The notes beneath the pieces were generated by a model. The model saw nothing but the letters and a program-made list of their open reading frames with translations. It made no database searches and was not told the DNA's origin. The translations under genes and the position numbers were made by a program. This document shows positions 39,901 through 49,800 of a stretch of 64,000 bases of DNA, piece after piece. This stretch comes from Acanthaster planci (Eukaryota). Location: contig NW_019091361.1 of the NCBI RefSeq assembly GCF_001949145.1, positions 496,001-560,000 on the forward strand. The letters run 5' to 3'. How positions within the stretch are numbered: position 1 is the first letter of the stretch; each line of letters starts with the position of its first letter.

Positions 39901-40115
39901 TCCCCACTCAATGGGGGAAAATTCGGTCTCTTGGAGCTTGTGTCTGTCTCCATCTTGTCACTTTCCAGTTTTCTCTTTCTTCCCTTCTTTGACCTAACAC
40001 TCTGAAAACCATCTGTCGTTTCTGTGACCATTTTCGATTCGGAGTCCCTCGCAGTTTCTGTCTTTTCTGAACTACACGTACCCGTGCTGGACATGCTGGA
40101 TGTGGCGGACGCCAT
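33845..40115 (-). CDS. PNO1: RNA-binding protein PNO1 (Dim2), KH-domain 40S assembly factor (gene span, 258 aa)
   Basis: Join (minus) 40115-39891, 36766-36617, 35863-35780, 34843-34783, 34517-34329, 33912-33845 = 777 nt. Motifs [62 protein letters not shown]. Confidence 0.97.
34329..34517 (-). CDS. PNO1: PNO1 exon 5 (KH, GxxG loop)
   Basis: [63 protein letters not shown]; g|gtaaga. Confidence 0.97.
34783..34843 (-). CDS. PNO1: PNO1 exon 4
   Basis: [20 protein letters not shown]; g|gtgagt. Confidence 0.95.
35780..35863 (-). CDS. PNO1: PNO1 exon 3
   Basis: [28 protein letters not shown]; gag|gtatgc. Confidence 0.95.
36286..36654. repeat. ~61-bp tandem repeat spanning the PNO1 exon 2 donor (contains N gap 36314-36573)
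   Basis: GTTCTAAGGTT at 36575 and 36636; TTTCTACATGCCTCGTTCTA..GGTTG before the gap copies exon sequence. Confidence 0.75.
36617..36766 (-). CDS. PNO1: PNO1 exon 2
   Basis: [50 protein letters not shown]; aag|gtaagt. Confidence 0.95.
39107..39749. mobile_element. Inverted-repeat element (MITE-like) in PNO1 intron 1
   Basis: Left GGGTCGTACTAATTAACGTCAAC with GTCAACAC repeats; right GTGTTGAC repeats ending GTTGATGCTGATTATTATGACCC (39656); a second right-end copy ends at 39749. Confidence 0.7.
39891..40115 (-). CDS. PNO1: PNO1 exon 1
   Basis: aaagATGG start; [28 protein letters not shown]; ttg|gtaggt donor. Confidence 0.88.
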
Positions 40116-40652
40116 CTTTAAAACCACACATGGGCCGTTTTCCAATACTCGACTTGGGCTCCGTACGAGGCTTCAACTATTGTTTTTTTACTTCCTGATT
40201 TTGAGGTGATAAACGCAATAGTAAGTCCGATAGTGCCAAAAACATAAAGTAAGATGCAAAAGAGCCAAATATTACGGTACTTCAATTTGACTTGAACGCT
40301 TCAGGCTCACAATCGGGGATTGGTTTCCTACACGAAGCCTGAATGGAGACGAATTGACTATTAGAAAACGGCTATAAAACGGCGGGCAATACAGTTCTAA
40401 AAATAGATAATTTAAGCTCCATTTCTTCAAAGGATGACATTTCACTATAGTGTTTATTTTGGTTCATCTATCTGCATTTAAAGATGCACTTATTTGAAAA
40501 TGAAATAAAAAATCTCTTGATAATTGGAGAAAAACTTTGACTAAATTTATTTGACAAGTAAAAGTACATATAGTTAGGAATAAGTGCGAATATTTGTACC
40601 TCCCCTAAAACAAAATGGTTAACGCCTACCTTCCCAGCATGCAACATTCAAA
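40116..40652. promoter_or_regulatory. Putative bidirectional promoter / 5' UTRs of PNO1 and KPTN
   Basis: Only 537 bp between divergent ATGs. YY1-like AAGATGGCG overlaps the PNO1 start; ZNF143/Staf-like TTCCCAGCATGC at 40631-40642. Confidence 0.75.
40133..40373. mobile_element. MITE (family A) in the PNO1/KPTN promoter
   Basis: TIRs GGCCGTTTTCCAATACTCGACTT / AATTGACTATTAGAAAACGGCT; interior colinear with the reverse complement of 20786-21015. Confidence 0.85.
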
Positions 40653-40866
40653 ATGTCGCTGTCATGTTGTTTCTGGGAGGCTCACTTTGCATGTTTATCC
40701 AACCAGAGTAATGTTTATGGACTGACTTCTTTCCGTCTTCCTGACGGAGGTAGTAAAGTACTTGTTGCACCTCTCAAAGATAATGTTTTGTGCCTGGAAT
40801 ACGTCAAGAACAAGGGGAATTTGAAGCCAGTTGCCCGGGAAGTGCAGTTCATTTACAATAACCCAG
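40653..40866 (+). CDS. KPTN: KPTN exon 1
   Basis: aaa[41 protein letters not shown]; g|gtatgt. Confidence 0.9.
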
Positions 40867-43800
40867 GTATGTACATCATGTATATGTTACTGTAGTAGCC
40901 TGTATTAACTGACTAGTACTATGTACTAGTAGTAGTACATGTAGGCCTATCACTACTAGCCTAGCGCTTGTACACAAAATGGAAGGCAACCCGTGTGCTT
41001 TCTGCCACCTGGCATATTTTATTGCTCTGTGCTTCTAGCATTCTCACTCATTAGGAGGTCATAACACTGTGGGATTTTGACCCAAGCTTTTTAAGGAGAC
41101 AAGATGAACCCTTATGAAGTACATGTACTTTTCTCTACAGTTCCGTTTTCATGACTTTCTCAAACTGAGACAAAGTCAAACAATTTTTGCTGGGAAAACA
41201 TGGAAAAGAAGCTGAAGCTGATCCAGATTCTTTAAAATTTGGAAAACCTAGTTTTTGGACCATCAGACCAACAATTTTCTAAGAAATTGGAGCTAGTTTT
41301 ACTAACCATACTAACCTCATTCATTTTGATGCGATAACAATTAGGCCTACATTGCATAGGGCACTAGTCAAGCTGGGAAACTCTTGTCTTGAGCGAAGGC
41401 TGGAATTCTAATACAAACTAGTAGTTTTAGGGGTCTTTTCAAAATAGTTATTTTCCCTGATTGTTACTTATTTTGTCTGAGATCCTACTTTTATTGCCAA
41501 TATTTTTCTAATTAATACATGTACGGAGTTGTTCCAAATTAAATTTCAACAGGGGAATTTAATAGCTCCCACAAGGAATTTTTTTTAGAGGAGAGCAAAG
41601 TCCAAATTAAATGTCGACAGGGGAATTTAATTGCTGTCACAAGGCAATATTCTTTTTAACGCTGTGCGCAATGTCTAAAAATTAAAAATTGCACGTGCGA
41701 CTTGTGACTTCGCAAACTTTCAAACATTGTGCTCAACAGTGTTACTATTTTGTGTGCACACACTGGGCATGCATTAAGAAATCATGGCTGACCTCACTAT
41801 ATGGGCTCAACCATTTTCAGAAGTTAATCTTACTTGACTAAGCCAAGATGCCTACTGTAAGGATACACGTAGATTTCTAACCCTTTCTTTTAACTACTTT
41901 TCAGTAAGAATGTCAAAATATTTTGACATTATATAGCAGAATTTATTATTTAGTTGAAATTGGTATGATTTTCCTGGAAAGAGGACAAGGTTAGCTTACA
42001 TACATGTATATTCATCAAGAAATATTTACTTCTCTGCAGATCATTGAAAAAATGCACATCAAAGAACCAAACACGTTAAAAATGAGTAATCAGTTAGCTA
42101 TATGTAGCTTGTGACTGGATTTGATATAATGTCTTACATTTTTTGTAGATGATGCAGAGTTAGAATCAATCAGCGCTTTCACCAAACAACCTGAATCAAC
42201 TGGTCTAGTTGTTGGCATCACATTCACCAAGGTCAGATCCAACAGTATATCTTTTATTTGAATTGAATAGTTCATTCAATTGTTTTGATTTTTATGGCTG
42301 AAAAGTTCTAATTCAGCTTTACATTTGTCATGGGTTGGCCAGTTTTAACTCAGGGCAAGGACAGACCATTAATCACTTGTGGGCAATACAGTATTATTTT
42401 GGCTTTTAAAAAAAGGCAAAATGTTCCTTATTTTGTTTTCTTGTCTCAGGATGACGGTAGTGACAGCCCCAGTCATTATTTCAACATCTATTATCCATGG
42501 GAAAAAGATGCAGATTTTAACTTGGACAGAGACTCACGTAAGCAAAGCAGCTACATGTATCCCACAATTAATTTGAACCCTCCCAGATCCTACAAAATCA
42601 GTTAGGAGGTCTGGTAAGGGTTTTCGAAAAGTAGATCCCAGGCACAACTTAGTTTACATGTGACTTGATACTCCTGGAAAATGAAAGAGCACCTCTAAGG
42701 AAAACATGTTTTCTCTGATTTTATCTGTTCAAATAAATATAGAAGCATCCAAATCGAATGCAGTGTATGTCATTTGTCTTCAGTGCTCAACTATAACAAG
42801 CTAAAACTGGCTTTTTTCTGTTCATGCCAAGTTGCGAATTCTGAATGTAGCTTGCATCATTTGGAAAAAACAGAGAAAACAAGTAGAACCCTTTCCCTGT
42901 GTTCATAGTGGATAAACCCTTGTGCATTGCAAACAATGCATGTAGCCATTGTTTGGCATGCACAAGGGCTTATCCAGTACTATCAAATCATTTGATTTGA
43001 ATGCTTCCATTTTTATTTGATTAGATAAAATCAGAGGAACTTGTTTTCTTAGAGGTGCTCTTTAAGGTTTCAAAAACTGGCTTTTTTCCTGGACCATTGT
43101 GGATTTTTGAGATTTTTCAGAAGTGGAAGAAACCAAGAAAATTTGGTCCAAATCCTGTACGCTGTATGATTTCAACAGAATGCATCCACTGGTCTCTTTC
43201 TATGCTGTTTATTTGGAGCCATCACCCAATGTAGTGTCTAAATGTACCAAAGATGACACATGTATGCAACTGAAATCTCTGTTATGTATTGATATTTTGT
43301 TTCCTTGTAAAAATTTTGCAGAGTTATGGAACAACATAGAGCATCTCTTGGACTTCATTCCTTATTATTTGTGCCACACAGAGTAAGTTTCCTCAAGCAA
43401 GCCGACTTTTGATTTTTCTTCAACATATCACCACTAGCCTTTACCAAATTGTAAAAATCATGTGTATGTACATGTACATATGTAAATAGGTGTTTCCATA
43501 ATATGTATGCATTGTTCCTCTGAAGTATCCTTTGTAGAATTTCTTGCTGATTGTGATGTACTGTTTGTATGGTTTTCAGAGGAAGACTGAAACTTGAAAG
43601 TGTTTGTGATGACTTTGCCTTGTCTCCATATCTTCAACCTTTTCCCCACTGTTTTGGACTTTGTAAACATTTAGTGTAGTTAGCCTTTGAGGTCAAATAT
43701 CCTCAAATTCTGCAAGAGGCAATTCATGAAGAAAAAAATTAAATCGGTAAAGTTATTTTTCCTTTAAGCATAATCCAAGATGGACAACGAGATACTGTCT

Positions 43801-46800
43801 TCCTTCTGACAGGAGGCGATAGCAAGATTCATTTATACAAGGAGGTAGGTGTTAACCAATTAGTAAAAATGTACCCATTAATTTTTAAGCTGTTTGTAGT
43901 TATTTGCAAGGAAAGCATTGATCAATCTCCAAAAAATTCACCTCTGTCAAGGTCGAATCTCAAAACCCCATTGTCTACATTTCTTCAAGAGAGGACCATG
44001 CAGAATGTAATAAGGTGGGGTCAACGGATTTGGCTGAAATTTGATGTGTATGGGGATCACAGGTAGCCTTGAGGTGGTGCGAAATATTAGGTCAATCCGA
44101 CCTCATCTTCAGGACAAATGACCCAATTATGTACTTTTTAAGTAAAGTATGTGTGATTTTGATGATTTTGGGCTACACAAGTTTAAACGCTTGCTGTTTA
44201 ACAATGGAAAGCAGCAGCACATTTAAATTTGCAGGGCTTAGAGGTTGTGTCCTGCCCTAAACCTGATATCCAAATTGAGGGGAAAATGTATTTAAGAGGC
44301 AGAGGTAAGCCTTCACTGAAGGGTACCCCTAGATTTGCTTCATAGTTATACCTATCTTTGAGTAGCTATGGGATCATTAGTGCACGTTTTTGAGCAATGA
44401 AACTTTGATGAAAGAAAGTCCTTATCATGGTCTTTTGGACACATCAATAAAATATTTGTGAGCAGTTTTCAGTATGGACTTACAGGAGCCTTGTTTTAGC
44501 TTCATATTGTGTATTTAGCCTTTTATCAGTTAAAACCGGTACCAGTTGTGATTGTGATTCCCATTTTCCACTGCAGTCTCGATGCATTGCAAAGAAAGAA
44601 AACCTCTCTGAATCTAAAATAAACCATTTTGTTTGCCCTTAAATGCTGTATAACTATCCAAGTTTCCTAATAATAGAAATTGAGCTTTTATAGCCTGTCA
44701 ATATACACTGCAGCTACCACAAGGATCGTGATTCATCTCGTATTTGTAACCCCTTGCTGCCAGCTTTTCAGTCTTTCTGATTGATGTGGTCTCAAAGGTA
44801 GCCTACACATACCAGTGCGAGCTTTAAGGAATGAAGTTACCAGGCCATTGTTGTGGTGGTCAACACATTGTCAAGGCCCTTGCTGAAAAGCATGGTCTGT
44901 TTAAGATTAAGGCAGTTAGAAACAAAAAGTACACAAATACTTTATTTCAATTGAGACAATAATGCAAAGGTAACAATATTCATTTCTTTATAATATATTA
45001 ATTTATTGCGCAGTAAAATTTATTACTATACAGAAGACATTGAAAGCATGTGAGGTTACTGTTGCATGCCAAAATAATAAATGTTTAAAGTGGAAACAAA
45101 AAAACATGAGGTGAAATCTTGACTATTCTATTTTACGAGGCAAAGCCAAGTGTCCTTGAAAGGCCAAACGTCAGGCAGTGGTTATATTCTGCAACAGTGC
45201 AAACAAATGAAAGCAATACATTTCTCTGTAACTGACATACGGATCCATGTCATTTGAAACTTCTTCAGAAAATGAAAGAAGTAGACGCTGTTCCTCATCC
45301 ATCAACACCCACAAAATAAAAACTAAAAACAAAAAGCCCAATTATTTTAAAACCACAAAAATGGAAAACCTCAAAAACTTCAAAAGTCCAGTTAGATAAA
45401 ACCTTTTCCACCACGACACGACCAGGTCTTATTTAGGAAACAGGTTGGGAATGATTATTTTGGGACTGACACATCATTATGCATAAATCAATGCAATCAA
45501 TGGATGGCATCAAGCTATATTGCCTCATAGCTCATACTGCTTCTGTACAGTATGCTTTAGAACCTGTCTCTCAACCAGTTCCACAGCATTATCCTTTACA
45601 TCAAAGCCCAGTCCTTGGATGGCAGTGTCCCTGATTTGTGTAAGAGAGCAAGGCCTGAAAATAACTGTTCATCAACAGGTGGCTAACCATTCTTAGCACT
45701 GTTTCCCATTTTATAATTTTTTGCAAATGTTTTAATGGCCAAAACATTTTATACTTGTGAATAGGCATACAGGCCATAGAGGTAGTTTGAATGATAAAGT
45801 AGAGCATTTTATGTTCTTTTGAATGTTTGATTTCCCTATGGAATGAATGGCGCAATATTTATCTGTCAGGTTTGATATTAAAATTGACATAGTTTATTAT
45901 TTCCAAAAGAAATCACTTTCTGGTCTCAGTTCAGTTATACATAAAGCTGAAACACATGAGGAACAGGTTGTGGAGTGCTGAGTTGTTGCAGATATGTGAA
46001 ACCATCAGGGAAACACTACAAACGTGACAGTGACTTCCTGTTGCATTTCACCGTGTTCTGTGCCATTTTGTCACAAAAGTCAGGCGCCATGTTCTGTTTG
46101 ACTGTTTCCAGTGGACCAATAGCATTCAATCAGAATGTTCCATCATTGAGGAAATAGTCTTCTTCATGTATACACCGTCCCTAGGTAGCTTTCTGATGAG
46201 GATGCCATGTTCCCAGTACCATAGCCTCCCATTCTGGAATAAGAACAAGGCATTTGAAGAGAACATTGCAACTGTTCTGAAATATAAGACACTCCCTAAT
46301 GCCTAAGGTTCTTGGTAAAGAAGCAAACCGTAGGCTTCAAAATCTACACAATTACAGTTTTTGCTTTCTGTGTGGGAAGACACACGGCAGCTTGTAAGTT
46401 GAAAATGTCCTGATAAATTGAAATGGATAATTCCAAACAAACTATTTAACTTAATTCAACCTAAAATTGTAACAGTGGTAAGAGCTCTTGTAATTTTCTT
46501 GTTGTTGAAAGGACAAGGAATCATCAAGTCGTTTCTCGGAGCATCCAATAGAGGACCTCTTCCCTGAATTTGAGGACCTTCCCAGCATGTAAGTGGAATT
46601 GCCAGCGTTTCAGTTAGTCATGTGGTTTCATATTGTGGTATTTGTGATAGCTCATCTTGCAGCTAGGAGCTATCATTAGTAAGTGGATGTGACCCAATTT
46701 ATGTATGTATTCTGACTGCAATCACATCAGTCAGTAGGTGTCTTGCCGTGGTTTGTTAGTGGTAGTGTTCTCCAGCTGTCAGAAAATAAATCATCATGGG

Positions 46801-49800
46801 CTTGTATCAAGACTAAGCAGTCACTAATGTATGGCTTCTATTTGATCCTGTCCAATTAAAGAAAGGTTTTGTACGGCTACAGTCTGTCACCACAGTGTAT
46901 TAATGGTAGAATCAAAGCCACAGCCACAACATACCTTATTTGGGTATCATCTTAGGCTTGACTCAGTCATTTGTTTAATCACTAATCACAGTAAGGCAAA
47001 CATGGTTATGTCTCATTACTTCCGTGTCCACATCTTTTATTTTTTTTTTCTGTTGCAGTGCTCTGTGGTTACACTGTCAGCTGCTTCCAAACGACAGGCG
47101 ATTGACGGCTGTGGGTTGTCAGAATGGCTATGTCAGATTGTCACTGGTATCCTACCAAGCAGAGTGTAAGTTTGTAACTGAGTATGAGAGAACCAGGCCA
47201 AAAGGTTAAAACTTGAGTAGAATTGTAGAATTGAAACCGGATAACTTGTTATTGACTTGTTACAACTCTGAAAATTGCAAAGCCAATGGTACTTATGAAT
47301 ATTTGTAATTTATACTGTCTCTGGTTACTTAGTTTGGGGTTCAGGAATAGATACCTTGGACTGGTATGTCATATATGGTATCCAGAGATATGAGTAGGAC
47401 TGTCAATTATTGAAATGTTCCATAAAGTTCTGTGGTGCAGAACCTTGAGAAAAAAACAAAGAAGGAAATGTTTAAGTGTATTGTCACCTGGACTGTGGCA
47501 TTGGTGGTGTGACATTACAGGATGACTAGCACACTGCATGGAGGGTGGTGTGTGGAGAGATTTGTTTATTGTGAGTGGACTGCTTGTTATTGACAAAGAA
47601 AATGACAGATGTTAAAAATCAGTATCTCACTATCAAAAGCAATATGTCTTGATGTTTTGCATATCACATTTCAACATATCAACAGATTCTGAATGCACTT
47701 TACACTTTCTTCTCCCTACTCCATTTGCCCATACACTGTTCTTAAACCATTTTCAGCTCTGTGGGGGTATACAATTTGAGCAAGCTTTTTTCAAAACAAA
47801 AAACAACCACAGAGTCACATTCCTACGCCTGGGTGGAGAGGGCATTTAGGGATAAAGTGACTTTCTTTAGACCAAAACACTAGCGGCTGGATTCGAACCC
47901 CAGACCTTATGATTGGGAATTACTTACCCTAAGTGTCAGGCCCCATGATACATGGCACCTGTTTGTGCTGTTAGATGAATAAACTCATCAGCCATGCTTC
48001 ATGGTGTGTGAACTACCCACATATGGAGCGCTGGTGAGATCAGTTTGCCAGGATTATTCAAAGCTCTGTTGTTCTTATTGTGAAGATGCCCAGGATCATG
48101 GTTTCTGTTTTGTGACATCTTCAGATGCAGAAGTCTTGCAGACTTGGGATGTGCAACATGACAGTGCTATTACCTGTGTCAAACTCTTCAAGACGCACAC
48201 TCCAGTCAAGAAGCCCTCATTTCTGCCTCCAGGAGATGAAGAAGGAGATGTGAATCAGAGCCCTGGGATGGAGGAATGGCACTTGCTGGTGACTAGTGCA
48301 TTAGAAGTGGCTGTAGTATACAGGTGCATGCTGGGAATATGGGGGGAATATAGTTACCATGGCTACATTCATAGCATAATACGTATGCCAGTCTGGGTCT
48401 TGGGATATACATGTACCTCCTGTATAGACTGATTTGGCAATTAGAATGAGTAGCCATTACTATGATGGCACCTTGCTTGCAGATGGTACACAGAGTTACT
48501 TGCCACTTTAACCTATTTGATTTGCCTAAATGCAAGTTCAGGTACATGTACATGAGTGTACGATGCCACTGTAATGATGATTTCTTCCCAGATTAGTCTA
48601 TGACTTTATTGTTGAAGGTATGTTAGAATGGCATGTTGTGCTACAGAATATGGCCCAGATTTGAGTATGGTGTAGTTGGAATCGCTAGAGTGACACCTTT
48701 TGTCTTTTTTGGCACAAGAACCCTCATTAGTGACAGAGATAGAGTGGGTAGACATTTGAGTAGCAGTAGCTGGGGATGTGTCAGGGCAGTCATGACCAAG
48801 AATTATTTGGTTGTTTCTTGTCCATGAGTTTCTCTGCCAACTTTACTTGAACAGTGACTGTAATGAAATACTCTAATCCTCACAACAATTAAAGAGAAAC
48901 AATCGGAATCAATTCTTGGTTATAAGAGAACCAAAAATTCACCTTGTTGTGTGCTTATTGTCCTAGTCAAGACACTGTGGGTGTGGGTGTATGAACCAAA
49001 ATGCACCTTGCTGTGTGCTTAGTGTCCTAGTCAAGACTCTTTGGGTGTGGGTGTATGAACCAAAATGCACCTTGCTGTGTGCTTAGTGTCCTAGTCAAGA
49101 CACTGTGGGTGTGGGTGTATGAACCAAAATGCACCTTGTTGTGTACTTAGTGTCCTAGTCAAGACACTGTGGGTGTGGGTGTATGAACCAAAATGCACCT
49201 TGCTGTGTGCTTAGTGACCTAGTCAAGACACTTTGGTTGTGGGTGTCTGACCCAAAATGCACCTTGCTGTGTGTTTAGTGTCCTAGTCAAGACACTGTGG
49301 GTGTGGGTGTATGAACCAAAATGCACCTTGCTGTGTGCTTAGTGACCTAGTCAAGACACTTTGGTTGTGGGTGTCTGACCCAAAATGCACCTTGTTGTGT
49401 GTTTAGTGACCTAGTCAAGACTCTTTGGGTGTGGGTGTNNNNNNNNNNNNNNNNNNNNNNNNNGTCAAGACTCTTTGGGTGTGGGTGTATGAACCAAAAT
49501 GCACCTTGCTGTGTGCTTAGTGTCCCAGTGAAGACACTGTGGGTGTAGATGTCTTGGCATGGGTGCATATTCTACTAGTTCAAGCCTACAGTCTGTAGAA
49601 CCCAGGGGATGCTGTTGCTTGCACTTTCCCTCGTTTATTCCTGGCGACCATGTTGCCATAATCAGGAATAATATGTACATATAACAGAATTTCTGACAGT
49701 TGCACACAACCTCATGAATGATGCTAGCCTTTATCATTGGTTAACCCCATGTGGCCATGTTATTATGTCAGTTTGGACTCAGCAGTGTCAGTGTTTGTTA

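Noticed and set aside
40116..40145. Upstream extension MENGPCVVLK of the PNO1 ORF
   Set aside because: It starts at a TTG inside the MITE terminus; the ATG at 40115 has a strong context.
48928..49546. Regularly spaced repeats resembling a CRISPR array
   Set aside because: Head-to-tail 64-bp units with no unique spacers, inside a eukaryotic intron, and no cas genes: a minisatellite.
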